Virus record (IMG/VR): IMGVR_UViG_3300002597_000001
Coordinates: 44,779 to 108,778 of that record
DNA: 64,000 nt
Strand: one strand, 5' to 3'
From: a virus
Taxonomy: Duplodnaviria; Caudoviricetes
Of the stretch, positions 27,210-37,813 are shown piece after piece. Both the position numbers and the translations under genes were made by a program. Each line of letters begins with the position of its first letter. Within the stretch, counting starts at the first letter, position 1. Under the pieces are notes generated by a model that was not told the origin of the DNA, ran no database searches, and saw nothing but the letters and a program-made list of their open reading frames with translations.

Positions 27210-29330
27210 TTATCCAAGCAACGGACTGTCAGATGAGCCACTTGTAATCTGTGTGACCGTGAGGAATGTGTTATTGGCCAGTGTGCTTTCGATAGCGCTA
27301 ATGCGACTTCCAAGTGCAGTATTTACACTGGAGATCTGGGCAGACAGGTCTTCTATGATATCAATTAGATAATCATTGTACGCAATAAACCGTTTCTTAA
27401 AGGAGTCTTGTGCAATGATGTTAGATCCGTCATATGACAGAATCTCTTCTTGTGCGATTGTCTGAATATACAGATCGATGTCACCAATATCATCCACAAG
27501 CTGATCAAGATTTGTTTTGTCCGTAGAACTCATAAACCCGTTTGCACTCGAGGTTGCCGCAGAGTGGGTGTGACTGCTAGACGCAGCGCCAACATCAGAA
27601 TATGTTAAACCATCTGCATAACTCTTTGCTGATGCCAAAGCATCACTTACTGCTTTAGGGGTAGCAGCAGTACCTCCGCTCGCCGCCGCTGTAGTCGCAG
27701 TTGTGGAATCAGACAATTTGACATGCCCATAATTAGATGATGTTCCTGTCCCATATGTGGTACCCGTAGACGCGTGAGATGTTGGTGCCCTGCTTGTGTC
27801 TGTAGGATGCACATGATCTGATCTCGCAACGGTTGCCGCAGATCCAGCCGAGCCAGTTCCGTTGGACGCAGGAGTAGTCGTTCCAAATGAAACAGAAATG
27901 GTGCCACTTGTGGTGATCGTCCCGCCAGTTAGTCCATTTCCCGTTGCAACGCTTGTCACCGTACCGGTATTTGCGGTCTTGCTGTTTGCAAGATCATATG
28001 CCGCCTTCACTGCCGCAGGTGTCGCCGCGATACCACCATTGGTAGATGAGGTTGATGATGTAGAGTCAGACAATTTGAGGTGTCCATAATTCGAGGATGT
28101 GCCAGTACCGTAGGTGGTCGCAGAGGAGGCATGGCTTGTCGGCGCACGAGAGGTGTCTGTCGGGTGAACGTGATCGCCACGGGCAAAGGCAAGCTCAGTA
28201 CCTGCGGTTGCAGTTCCATCCATCTTTGGAGATGTAGTGGAAGCGGAGGCACCCTCAGGAATATCGCTCGTTGTAATAAATCCTGAATCATTGGTGAGTT
28301 CACTTGTCTTTGTCGGAATATCGTCTGCATCAGCTTTGGCGTTCCAAGCCGTGCGCTCGGAAGCGGTGATGTGAATAGTGGTATTACCCGTATGAGAAGA
28401 CAAGTCGTTGGCAGCAGCCCTACTCGTATCCGTTGGATGCACATGGTCAGAACGACTTACCGTCGTAGCCGTTCCGACTGCCGCCGTCCCATCCATAACG
28501 GGCTTTGTCGTAGTGAATGTCACATGAGTACCATGACTAGAAGCGGCGGCCCCGACATCTGAATATGTTAGGCTCACCGCTCCTGTTTTTGAATTAACAC
28601 TGGTTACCGTATTGACTTGCGCCCCAGATTCAATTCCCTCCAATTTGCTTTTGAGCGTATCCGTAAAGTCATTTGCGCTGATACCATCCGCATAGCTTTT
28701 GGCAGATGTAAGAGCATCGGAAACCGCCTTTGGTGTCGCAGCAACTCCGCCGCTGGCAGCGGCACTCGTGCCATCGGTGGCATCTGATAGTTTTACGTGA
28801 CCATAATTGGACGACGTACCCTTGCCGTATGTAGTACCGGTCGAGGCGTGACTAGTTGGCGCTCTGCTGGTATCAGTTGGGTGGACATGGTCGCCCCTTG
28901 CAAACGCAAGCTCTATACCAGTCGCGGCAGTTCCATCCATAGCAGGAAGCGTGGTAGAAGCCGCCGCTCCTTCCGGGATATCTCCAGTGGTGATAAACCC
29001 AGAATCATTTGTTAATTGGCTAGTGGCCGTGGGGATTGCATTCCGAATATCGGAGTGGGCAGTCGCACTGGAGTTGTGTGCAGATACAGCAGCGCTTGCC
29101 GCCCCGGAAGCATCGGCAGACACACTCGATGTCGATCCGTCTGAGCCGGTCAGAGTAATTGTGTCTCCGCTTTGTGCGAGGGTGTACGTAACGGTTTCAT
29201 CACCAGCGACAAGATACAATTCATCTGCGTTGATTTGGCCTCCGCTCACCATGCTTGCGTATACTTCCGGAGAAGCAACCTTGTTGATTACAAGACTAGA
29301 TAAATCTTGTGAACTAGATTTTGTTGCCAT
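27210..29330 (-). CDS. tail fibre protein with internal repeats
   Basis: 4x R.DHVHPTDTSRA, 3x YGH.KLSD...AATP.AV, 2x S.LTNDSGFITT. Confidence 0.85.
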   Translation of the reverse strand: MATKSSSQDLSSLVINKVASPEVYASMVSGGQINADELYLVAGDETVTYTLAQSGDTITLTGSDGSTSSVSADASGAASAAVSAHNSSATAHSDIRNAIPTATSQLTNDSGFITTGDIPEGAAASTTLPAMDGTAATGIELAFARGDHVHPTDTSRAPTSHASTGTTYGKGTSSNYGHVKLSDATDGTSAAASGGVAATPKAVSDALTSAKSYADGISANDFTDTLKSKLEGIESGAQVNTVTSVNSKTGAVSLTYSDVGAAASSHGTHVTFTTTKPVMDGTAAVGTATTVSRSDHVHPTDTSRAAANDLSSHTGNTTIHITASERTAWNAKADADDIPTKTSELTNDSGFITTSDIPEGASASTTSPKMDGTATAGTELAFARGDHVHPTDTSRAPTSHASSATTYGTGTSSNYGHLKLSDSTSSTSSTNGGIAATPAAVKAAYDLANSKTANTGTVTSVATGNGLTGGTITTSGTISVSFGTTTPASNGTGSAGSAATVARSDHVHPTDTSRAPTSHASTGTTYGTGTSSNYGHVKLSDSTTATTAAASGGTAATPKAVSDALASAKSYADGLTYSDVGAASSSHTHSAATSSANGFMSSTDKTNLDQLVDDIGDIDLYIQTIAQEEILSYDGSNIIAQDSFKKRFIAYNDYLIDIIEDLSAQISSVNTALGSRISAIESTLANNTFLTVTQITSGSSDSPLLG

Positions 29331-29337
29331 TTATTAT

Positions 29338-30687
29338 TCACCCCCGAACATAATTGGTATTCTCATCAAAAACGGCTGTCAGGTCGCTTTGTAACACCCA
29401 ACTGCCACTTATCCTTTTGTATACAGCTGTCGCCGAAGTCCAGCCGCCGTTAGCCTTAAAATAGATCACATCCGACGACCCGCTACTGCCAATGGTGACA
29501 GCAATCGTGGCATCTCCGTCAACTGTATAGGTGTATGTGTAGTACTCCACACCACTGCTGGGAGTTGAGTAGGTCACATAAACCGTCGCACCGTTGATCG
29601 CACCGCCATAGTAGCCCAAACGGCACTGGAGTTTCATGCTCGCCAGCTGTGCCACAGTCGGTAACGTCTCGCACTCAAGCGTCTGGGTGCTGTTGCTCGT
29701 GCCGACGTCCTTGAAGTTCAGTTCCTCTGTCAGCTCCGCGCTTCCGCTGATCAGCATGGCGCACATATACTCTGACGAGTTGGATGTGGATTCAGCGTGT
29801 CCGCTGACCTCGCACCACACCCGCTCAATTGTGGCGTTAGACGGCACTGTGATGCCCATGTCATATGTGAAGACCGCTATCGTCCCAGACCCGCCAGAGT
29901 AGTAGTTCGATGTGGTCTGCGTTGCGTCACTGCCGTTCCCGACAAGGCCGCTGAAATAGGTTGCACCAGATCCGTTGAAACTGCCCGACACGAGCGTGTA
30001 TTCGCCCAGATCCGCATCAAGGGTACCACCGCCAGCATAATGCGCCACGAGGGAACTCGTGATATCCACGCCGTCCTTTGTCGCTGTGACGGTATCGCTC
30101 GTGTTCGTTGGCGTGATGGTCAGGGTGTACTCTGTGTCCTCATAGGTACTGTACGCACCGCTGGGGCTGATTGTACCGTTACCTGTGAGCGTCGATGTGA
30201 CTGTAGCTGCAACAGGCATCGTATAATCGACAAGGATCTCAGCACCGTAGATATAGACATGCGCCGTTGTGTTACGGCTGGACCGCCTACAGTTTATGCG
30301 GATACCGACGTCAGAACCGGCATTTACCACATCCTCCCACGAATAATTGCAAGTGAATGTATGTGTAGTGACTGTTGACGAGATGGAATCTGAACTACCC
30401 ATTGATGTACTCGTTCCATCATACAGATACATCGCCTGTGAATAACCGCCACTATAGTTACACTTGACCTTAACAGTAAACGAATTAATTGTTGCGCCAC
30501 TCGGAATATCATCGAAGTTGAACCCTCTGATGTACGCATAGTATGAAGTTGTCGATGTCCTTGAGTTGGTAATTGTCGCATACGTTGTGCTGTCGGTATT
30601 CGCATACATATTGGACGCGTTTGAAACGGACAGATATGAGCTATTTGACAGATAGTATGTACTCGGTATGAGTCTTATTGTTGCCAT
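29338..30687 (-). CDS. virion/tail-associated beta-rich protein with duplicated domain
   Basis: S/T/Y-rich; two copies of (I/V)PS.ATI....V.V...I.GA...V.Y. Confidence 0.7.
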   Translation of the reverse strand: MATIRLIPSTYYLSNSSYLSVSNASNMYANTDSTTYATITNSRTSTTSYYAYIRGFNFDDIPSGATINSFTVKVKCNYSGGYSQAMYLYDGTSTSMGSSDSISSTVTTHTFTCNYSWEDVVNAGSDVGIRINCRRSSRNTTAHVYIYGAEILVDYTMPVAATVTSTLTGNGTISPSGAYSTYEDTEYTLTITPTNTSDTVTATKDGVDITSSLVAHYAGGGTLDADLGEYTLVSGSFNGSGATYFSGLVGNGSDATQTTSNYYSGGSGTIAVFTYDMGITVPSNATIERVWCEVSGHAESTSNSSEYMCAMLISGSAELTEELNFKDVGTSNSTQTLECETLPTVAQLASMKLQCRLGYYGGAINGATVYVTYSTPSSGVEYYTYTYTVDGDATIAVTIGSSGSSDVIYFKANGGWTSATAVYKRISGSWVLQSDLTAVFDENTNYVRG

Positions 30688-32492
30688 CAGCTCACCACCC
30701 GTAGATAGATGTCACCATCAGATCCCAACGAAGATGACGGTGTAGAAGAGCCAGTATAGTAATGCTGGATCACGACAGTTCCCATTACGCTTGTGATGCG
30801 GTCGTCGTCCGCACTGTCGCCAATCTTAACAGTCGTACCGCTCAGAATCTTATCCGCGCTCAGGCCGGATACAGTAACGCCCTTGATGGTCTGCGCCCCG
30901 GTCAGATACTGCGATGCGCTGATCGTTTGGTCCGAAGTAGACGGATAGTAAGTAGCCGCTGCCTTAGTGGTAACACTAGCAGTCAAAGAAACCGATGAGT
31001 TTCCCGCCGTGCCCGAACTAATATATCCAGCGGTGGATACGTTTGGTGTGACGCTCACCGTCTTACTAAGAGTTAGCGTGTTTGTTCCCGTGTTTACGGT
31101 GGCGCTACTCCCAGAGATAGTAGATGGCGCAGTGGCAGTGCCAGCAGGGATGGACGCCGAAGCGTAATTGGTAACATCCTGTGTCCCAGAGCCTGTCACG
31201 TTCAGCGTACCGCTTACCAGCTCTGATGCAGATACACTCACGGCTGTTCCCGTTTGTGTGTTACCAGCGATCCAGCCCGTTGTGTTCGTCACACTCGGGG
31301 TTATTGAGATGCTGTGGTTACTCACGGCCCCCTTTGTTGCCGTTGGCGTTCCCTCGATACCACGCCCGACAGACGCATAACAACTTTCTTCATAATATCC
31401 AGCCGCCACCAGCACGATTTCATCGTCCACGGACAGGTCTGTTCCATCACGCCTGGTAATACCAGAGCCAACATATGTCGAGCTGATTGGAGATACCGTC
31501 ACAGAGCTAAGACCGTCGTATCCACTGTCTGGTGTTACAACAACCTCAGACTCAGTTGGGCTTGCGCTTTTTGCTTGTGTGCTGAATGTATCGCCTTCAA
31601 CATTGACCGTAACGCTGGAAAAATAATTGCCAGAAGTTGGCGTATATGTCCCATTAGCAGTGATACTTTTAGTCTCCGTTGGAACGGCAGACACCGTAAC
31701 CGCACCGGTTGTATACTTTCCCTGTGCAACCGCGACCTGCGAAGAAGACGATGGGGTTATGGTCGCCGCAGCTTGTCTTGAAACACCAGATCCAACGTAG
31801 GTCGAACTGATTGCCCCGACTTCTACGGAGCTAAGGCCGTCAAATCCAGAATCGGCAACGATGGTCTGGGAGGATTCTGTCGGAGTTGCAGATTTGCTTT
31901 GTAGAGAAACAGACCCACCACCGGTCGGGACATTTACAACGACAGAGTTAAAATAAGAACCGGTTTCTGGTGTATATGTACCATTTGCAGTAATCGTGGT
32001 TTCGTCTGCGTTAACAGCCGCCACTGTCACATTCCCAGTAGTGAACAACCCGGCCTGTACGGCAGTTTGCGCACTATCTCCTGGCGTCACCGTCTTGGCT
32101 GCCTGCGTACCCAATTGGCGTGTGTTGCTAGACTGAGATGTTGCCACATACCCCGCCGTTTGCGACACAGATGCGGTAATCAGGCCACTTGCGTTTACAT
32201 TGATCGTTGGATCTGCCAAAGATACCGTTGGAATCGATTTGGACGCCGCGTCCGCATAATACCCGGCAGCCGCAGTTACCGTATTGCCAGAGACGGTCAT
32301 ATTTGAATCTGTCCTCGTTGGAATGGTACCTGTATATTTCGTACCTTTAGAGTATGATGTATATGGGGACAGCATTTGCGCACCGGATGTCAGGGTAGCA
32401 TCATCTGTATTGATCCCACCACCAGATTCTTGTGTACCCACAATTACTTTCCCAATTTTGTTATTACCAATATATAAACTCATCCCGATCAC
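30687..32492 (-). CDS. tail fibre/adhesin-like repeat protein
   Basis: T/S-rich repeats (ITANGTYTP, DSG.DGLSSV.V..ISSTYVGSG); C-terminal G.DGDIY. Confidence 0.75.
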   Translation of the reverse strand: MIGMSLYIGNNKIGKVIVGTQESGGGINTDDATLTSGAQMLSPYTSYSKGTKYTGTIPTRTDSNMTVSGNTVTAAAGYYADAASKSIPTVSLADPTINVNASGLITASVSQTAGYVATSQSSNTRQLGTQAAKTVTPGDSAQTAVQAGLFTTGNVTVAAVNADETTITANGTYTPETGSYFNSVVVNVPTGGGSVSLQSKSATPTESSQTIVADSGFDGLSSVEVGAISSTYVGSGVSRQAAATITPSSSSQVAVAQGKYTTGAVTVSAVPTETKSITANGTYTPTSGNYFSSVTVNVEGDTFSTQAKSASPTESEVVVTPDSGYDGLSSVTVSPISSTYVGSGITRRDGTDLSVDDEIVLVAAGYYEESCYASVGRGIEGTPTATKGAVSNHSISITPSVTNTTGWIAGNTQTGTAVSVSASELVSGTLNVTGSGTQDVTNYASASIPAGTATAPSTISGSSATVNTGTNTLTLSKTVSVTPNVSTAGYISSGTAGNSSVSLTASVTTKAAATYYPSTSDQTISASQYLTGAQTIKGVTVSGLSADKILSGTTVKIGDSADDDRITSVMGTVVIQHYYTGSSTPSSSLGSDGDIYLRVVS

Positions 32493-32493
32493 C

Positions 32494-32751
32494 TCATGAT
32501 GCTATCCAGGTGTTAAGCGTCACAGTGGTGCCGGGGTCAGGCAGATTCGAGATTAAATTTCGCAAAGGCTCGTCGGTGAATGGCAACTGCGTGTAAGTTT
32601 TTACACCGTCGCCCACCTTGAACCGGAGCGTTCCATCTGCGGTATCTACCAGAATGATCTCGCCATCCAGCAATACAGGGTTGTTTGTCGTCCAGTTAGA
32701 ACTTGAGTCCCGCTTATGCCGAACGCGAGTATTGAATGTCTTTGTCGCCAT
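32494..32751 (-). CDS. small tail protein (hyaluronidase/Mtd N-terminal-like domain)
   Basis: NW..NNPVL..GE...KVGDG..TY..LPF. Confidence 0.75.
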   Translation of the reverse strand: MATKTFNTRVRHKRDSSSNWTTNNPVLLDGEIILVDTADGTLRFKVGDGVKTYTQLPFTDEPLRNLISNLPDPGTTVTLNTWIAS

Positions 32752-32844
32752 TCATCCAACCTCCCTTGAGATACAACAATACCCGTCCGAAGACGGATAT
32801 AAGATCAGGATATAGTGGGGGGGGGTACCCCTCCCCCCACAACA

Positions 32845-34227
32845 TTACACCAGTGCGCTCGAAGAGCCGCAGTAAAATACCATTACGTCGCCACTAGTCT
32901 GCACAAGATCGTTGACGTTGCCAGTCTTCGCAATGGCCGCGAGCTGCACCTCAGTCTTTGCGGTCAGTATACCGTCAGTCTGAGTGACCCCGGTGAGCAC
33001 AGAATACTGATTGCCGGAAGCCGCCGTAGCGGTAACAGAGCTGTCCAAGGCAGCAACGGCAGAAGATGCCGCTCCCGCCGCTTCGAAGTCCGTCGTGTCC
33101 GCATACGCCGCAGAACCCAGACCATACACGGACACTGGGGTGCCGTCCACCTTGATGGTGCCGTTGGTGGTGCCCGTGGTCACAGACTGCACAGCCGTAT
33201 CGGCCTTGCCAATGGAAGTCTGCACAGAAGAGGCCAGCTTACCAAGAGCAATGCTACCAGTCTTAATGGTGGCGCTGATCTGATGGGAAGCGGACTCGGT
33301 CAAGTCGATTTCGTCTGTGTCCGCCACGGAGTTATACTCAATCAGATCAGCTACGTTGATGTAAATGGGATTGCCATTGTCAATGGTCAGCTCAATGAAC
33401 GTACCGGGATTGCCAGAGCCGTCCTGATTCACAATTTGGCCGGACACAGCCACAAGATCCTTCGGGATATCAATTGTGCCAATGTTCGAGCCGTTCTGAC
33501 TCAGCGTGTACCGCTTGAGCAGGGAAGTGTCTGACGGGCTGGAATCTGTAGTCATGGTCACAGCGCCAGCAGAATCGAGAGCGGTGGCAATCTCGGCCAG
33601 AGCACCCTCTACCGTAGTCGCAGTAAATTTATTGCCTGTGTCAGCAATGGACACGTCAGAAGCCGCACCGGATGTAGCCACATCAGACAGTCCAATATTT
33701 GTAATCGCATTAGAGATCTGTGTTGCGACAGACGTGCTCCCAACCAATGTCTCCAAAGCAGATACGCGGCCAGCCAGAGCGGTGTCATCATAGCTGTCGT
33801 CTGGTGTCGTGATGGTGGCATCCGTTGTCCACCCGGAGTCACCGACATTTCTGTGCTGAACATAGAGGATATGTCCGTCTGTGCCATCCTGCACGATCTG
33901 ATAGGTTGTATTGGTGTCCTGAATCTCGCCGGAGATATAATCATCAAGCCCGGTGATCTCAGTGGCGGCATATGTAGGCTTTGTTTCAGCCTTCGCCCAC
34001 GAGTACACATCTGCGGCCTTGCCGGACGCAAATGGGAGTTCTGTGTAAGTATGTGTACCATCGCCGACCTTGATGACTACGGTCGGAGCAGACTGCACAC
34101 CGGTGGTGTTGGCCTGGATCGTAGCCAGAGCCATTTCGCCCGCTTTTAAAACGGGGTTGTTTGTATTCCAGTTCGCATATGTATCATATTTGAGCTGGAT
34201 TCTCGTATTAAAAGTTTTCTCAGCCAT
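32845..34227 (-). CDS. tail fibre protein with hyaluronidase/Mtd N-terminal-like domain
   Basis: Same NW..NNPVL..GE..KVGDG motif; paralogous to 32494..32751. Confidence 0.78.
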   Translation of the reverse strand: MAEKTFNTRIQLKYDTYANWNTNNPVLKAGEMALATIQANTTGVQSAPTVVIKVGDGTHTYTELPFASGKAADVYSWAKAETKPTYAATEITGLDDYISGEIQDTNTTYQIVQDGTDGHILYVQHRNVGDSGWTTDATITTPDDSYDDTALAGRVSALETLVGSTSVATQISNAITNIGLSDVATSGAASDVSIADTGNKFTATTVEGALAEIATALDSAGAVTMTTDSSPSDTSLLKRYTLSQNGSNIGTIDIPKDLVAVSGQIVNQDGSGNPGTFIELTIDNGNPIYINVADLIEYNSVADTDEIDLTESASHQISATIKTGSIALGKLASSVQTSIGKADTAVQSVTTGTTNGTIKVDGTPVSVYGLGSAAYADTTDFEAAGAASSAVAALDSSVTATAASGNQYSVLTGVTQTDGILTAKTEVQLAAIAKTGNVNDLVQTSGDVMVFYCGSSSALV

Positions 34228-34243
34228 ACTCAATTCACCTCAC

Positions 34244-34777
34244 TTAATATTCGCTGTCGCCGCCGCACATCACGATATCTGTGTCGGCGTCTTGGTATAA
34301 TTTGCTGATATTCAAACTGTTAACGGTCATTGCTCCATTTGCGCCAACCAAAATCCCATCATCCGCAAGTGACGACAACACAAGCCCCGGGTTTGATAGT
34401 GTGGCAACGCCGATCCCGGCGATGCTTTCATCAATAAGAGCCTGTATGCCATCAACTTTGGCTACCGGTACTCTATTGAGCTCGAGGATTTGTTCTCCAG
34501 AGATAACAAACTCATCGGAGACTCCCGTAATCAGAGCGCCACCAATCGCTTCTGCAATGGCCTTAGCAACAGCGTCCGATGATACAGGCCCGCCGTTGCC
34601 GTCTTCAACCACGTTAGTTGGCACAACTGAAATTGTGTTGTTTACAATACTAATGTAATCACCCGCAATATAGCTGCCTTCTTTGATTACACCTTCTGCA
34701 ATATTAACATCAAGGGACTGACCGTTTTCTATGTCTACATCCACCTCTTGTGGAGAGAGCAATTCGATCTCAATCAT
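34244..34777 (-). CDS. tail-associated protein
   Basis: Late operon position; GGAG RBS. Confidence 0.6.
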   Translation of the reverse strand: MIEIELLSPQEVDVDIENGQSLDVNIAEGVIKEGSYIAGDYISIVNNTISVVPTNVVEDGNGGPVSSDAVAKAIAEAIGGALITGVSDEFVISGEQILELNRVPVAKVDGIQALIDESIAGIGVATLSNPGLVLSSLADDGILVGANGAMTVNSLNISKLYQDADTDIVMCGGDSEY

Positions 34778-35123
34778 CAGTCTCTCCCTCCTCAAACAGG
34801 GTGCGTCCTATCTGGAATGAAACGATAGGTGTCTTAGGATTAACCCACGAATCAATGAGATGGACCTTCGTATCCATGAGAACATCGTGATTCTTGTGGA
34901 ATTTCCAAGTGTCAGCCTCAGTCCACACTACATCAACAATATTGTCTGAGTCTGCTCTGCGGGAGGCGGAATCTGACGGGTACGTGAATTTCCAAGTAAT
35001 GCCGTTCTGTTGCATCTTGAAGTCAATTGTGGACACATCATCCAGATTGAGACCGTTGAATCTAACGGGCATTAGGTAATTGGTGCCCTGCTTGATGAAT
35101 GTGGCGCAGTTACAATTTGCCAT
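34770..35123 (-). CDS. baseplate upper (BppU-like) protein
   Basis: QGT..L...F beta-rich pattern, W.EADT..F; tail-fibre context. Confidence 0.55.
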   Translation of the reverse strand: MANCNCATFIKQGTNYLMPVRFNGLNLDDVSTIDFKMQQNGITWKFTYPSDSASRRADSDNIVDVVWTEADTWKFHKNHDVLMDTKVHLIDSWVNPKTPIVSFQIGRTLFEEGETDD

Positions 35124-35189
35124 TGCCTCACCCCATTTCCTTGTAGAATATTATTAATGTTAAAAAACACAGTAGAAAGGATTGTAAAA

Positions 35190-36170
35190 ATGGATATTGT
35201 TAATCGTATAATTTTAGCTATGCAAGATGACCTGACCACAGAACAGCTTCAGAAGCTATCTATGGTGATTAGAATACAACTTGCAAAAGAAGAACCGGAG
35301 ACAGAGAGCCTTGTACCATGTCAGGATGGGTGGGCTTCTGCTCTAAAATTGTTTCTCGCCACCAAGAAACTGTCCAACTGCGCTGACTCAACCATACAGC
35401 AGTATGAAAGAGCGCTGCGTATGATGTTTGTAGAACTAAACAAACCACTTCAAAGCATCACAACCAATGATTTGAGGTATTACATGGCTCTGTATCAGGA
35501 ACGCCGGAAGGTGTCCATGGGTTATATGAACACCATCAGGCTGTATTTCAGTTCCTTCTTTGGCTGGTGTAATGCCGAGGGGCTGATCCAGACGAATCCC
35601 GCCGCCAGACTAGACAAAATCAAAACGCCCCAGGTAATCAAGCACCCGTTCTCATCTGAAGAATTGGCAAAGATTCGAGACGCATGCAACACGTTCCGTG
35701 ACCGCGCCCTAGTGGAAGTCCTGTATGCAACGGGATGCCGCGTTGGTGAACTCTGCTCCATCAATCTGAATGATGTAGATTTCCGCAGTCGCGAAATCAT
35801 TGTATGGGGACAGAAAGGCAAAGCAGAACGCCGAGTGTATCTCACAGACGTTGCGATATACCATCTGAGGAAGTACATCTTGTCACGAGACGATGAAGAA
35901 GAACCTCTGTTTGTATCGCTGAGGGCTCCTCATCGCCGCATGACAAAGGAATCAGTAGAGGCCGTGCTCAAAAAGATTGGAGCAGCCACAAACATTCACT
36001 GTCACCCGCATAAGTTTAGACGTACTATTTTGACAGATGCCGCCAAGAGGGGAATGCCGATTCAGGAAATCCAGCGGATGGCTGGACATAAGAAAATCGA
36101 CACCACAATGATGTACGTCTCTGTGTCTGACGCATCTGTGAAGTCGAGTTATGACCGTTATATCGCTTAA
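35190..36170 (+). CDS. Xer-like tyrosine recombinase (candidate invertase), antisense to the late operon
   Basis: SAM-like N-domain; TGCRVGE, GQKG, HPHKFRRT, AGH, TT..Y. Confidence 0.9.
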   Translation: MDIVNRIILAMQDDLTTEQLQKLSMVIRIQLAKEEPETESLVPCQDGWASALKLFLATKKLSNCADSTIQQYERALRMMFVELNKPLQSITTNDLRYYMALYQERRKVSMGYMNTIRLYFSSFFGWCNAEGLIQTNPAARLDKIKTPQVIKHPFSSEELAKIRDACNTFRDRALVEVLYATGCRVGELCSINLNDVDFRSREIIVWGQKGKAERRVYLTDVAIYHLRKYILSRDDEEEPLFVSLRAPHRRMTKESVEAVLKKIGAATNIHCHPHKFRRTILTDAAKRGMPIQEIQRMAGHKKIDTTMMYVSVSDASVKSSYDRYIA

Positions 36171-36358
36171 ACTTTATATTTTTTTGAGCTTTTCAATTCA
36201 GCTAAATGGTCATTTACGTCATCAATCTGAGTGACAATTTCGAGCGCAACGAGCAAGGCAGATTTCCATCCTCTAATGTATTCCGCATCTTCGGACGTAG
36301 CCTTATCAGCACCTCGCAAATACGCTTCGATTTCTTCTATTGCTTCTTGCTTAACCAT
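36167..36358 (-). CDS. hypothetical protein
   Basis: 63-aa ORF directly after the RBP-like gene; weak RBS. Confidence 0.45.
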   Translation of the reverse strand: MVKQEAIEEIEAYLRGADKATSEDAEYIRGWKSALLVALEIVTQIDDVNDHLAELKSSKKYKV

Positions 36359-36369
36359 TGGTAGATCAG

Positions 36370-37170
36370 TTAATCAACCATAGGGATACACAACTCGTAA
36401 TAACACCCGGCAGATCCGTATGTCAGGAAAACGCCTTGGTCCCCAAACGACACACCGATAGCATCTTTTGATGCGTTACCCGAACCCCATGCAGGGACGA
36501 AGACCTGACCGCTTACAACGCTCGGCATTCCACTGCTGACGATGCCAATATTGCTACTTGTTGACGGTGAGATGCACTTGATTTCGCCCATCAAGACATA
36601 AATACTGCCACGTCTGACGAGGCGGACGTCATTTAGCGTGTACTTGCTCGTATCTGATGAGGCGAAAACGGTGTTCACAGCATTACTATTGTCTTCATAT
36701 GTCATCCAACTTCCCCATGTTCCGGCTGTGCGATATCGAATGTACAGCGTTCCCTCTGTTCTGCTCGTTGAATTTGAGCGAATCATCTGCATAGCAAAGT
36801 TGGCAGACGTGCCTTTCACACAGATGAGCGTTCCATATGAGTCAGATATCGGGAACGTGCCAGTGTGGCTGTATGGAGATTCACGACCGTACAGCCAGAA
36901 ACCACTGGTAGTCCAGTTATCAATGTTTGTATCAGCAGGGAGATACGATGAAAACTTACCATTTAGTTCAGTAAGGTCTGCCTCATGTTCCGCAATCGCC
37001 CCGGTGATTGTGGTGGCCGTGGTTCCCATAGAAGTGGACCCAATAATATCCGCAGACGACACGAGATTGTTGATTGTAGTTTTTCCGGTAGAACCACTGT
37101 CTTCAATAACGGTATACATGCTCCCAGATGGAGTTTTATTTGCAAGATCACTAATAGTGGTTGTAGACAT
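36370..37170 (-). CDS. receptor-binding/tail fibre protein with pyocin-knob-like domain
   Basis: GTTATTITGAI.E...LTELNG linker, then IDNW..SG.W...P...YG.L...Q...YIR....WGSW. Confidence 0.72.
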   Translation of the reverse strand: MSTTTISDLANKTPSGSMYTVIEDSGSTGKTTINNLVSSADIIGSTSMGTTATTITGAIAEHEADLTELNGKFSSYLPADTNIDNWTTSGFWLYGRESPYSHTGTFPISDSYGTLICVKGTSANFAMQMIRSNSTSRTEGTLYIRYRTAGTWGSWMTYEDNSNAVNTVFASSDTSKYTLNDVRLVRRGSIYVLMGEIKCISPSTSSNIGIVSSGMPSVVSGQVFVPAWGSGNASKDAIGVSFGDQGVFLTYGSAGCYYELCIPMVD

Positions 37171-37382
37171 TATTTATCATCTCCGTTCTGATTCATTTGT
37201 GCCGCCCATTGTTTTCGGTCCTCCTCGAGCTGTTGCTGTTGCAACATGCTGACTTTCCGGTGCAGATCTGCAATCACGGACTCGACGAGAATAAGCGGAA
37301 CGCCGGAGGTGTTGACCACCTCTGTCAGTTTGTTCCTAAAATCTTCAACCCGTAGACTGATGGGCATTGTTGTAGTATCCAT
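37170..37382 (-). CDS. small phage tail-region protein
   Basis: AAGGAG RBS; helical. Confidence 0.6.
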   Translation of the reverse strand: MDTTTMPISLRVEDFRNKLTEVVNTSGVPLILVESVIADLHRKVSMLQQQQLEEDRKQWAAQMNQNGDDK

Positions 37383-37393
37383 TTCATTCTCCT

Positions 37394-37813
37394 TTAAAAT
37401 AAAATGTAGTGAGGATATGGCTCCCCCCAAAGGGTATAGCGCAAGCAATCATCAAGGAATATTGCGACGCCTGACAGCACAATCCACACAAGCGTGAACT
37501 GCGGGCATATTTGTCCGAGTACATTGCCCCATATATGCGAATAGTCCCAGATACCAAGTCCCAACCAAATGTTGAGAATGATACCCGAGACTAATTCAGC
37601 ACCGGTAACAATTGCGGAGCCAAGGAGACACTGTAGCACCAACGACATATCCCATGTGAAATAATTGTTAATTCCGCCGATCAGGACAAATAGCACACCG
37701 CCAAGTACAAGCATAGTCCAGTGTGTATATCCACGCCACAACAGCTCGATAAAACCGTATGCTATGCCTCCGCAGAAGAATAAAAATAGAGTTTTATCAA
37801 AGCGCTTTCTCAT
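37394..37813 (-). CDS. integral membrane protein ('putative ABC permease'/CmpB-like family)
   Basis: GG..Y..IE.LWRG.THW.M...GG, E..SG...N...G..IWDYS...N..GQIC..F. Confidence 0.75.
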   Translation of the reverse strand: MRKRFDKTLFLFFCGGIAYGFIELLWRGYTHWTMLVLGGVLFVLIGGINNYFTWDMSLVLQCLLGSAIVTGAELVSGIILNIWLGLGIWDYSHIWGNVLGQICPQFTLVWIVLSGVAIFLDDCLRYTLWGEPYPHYILF

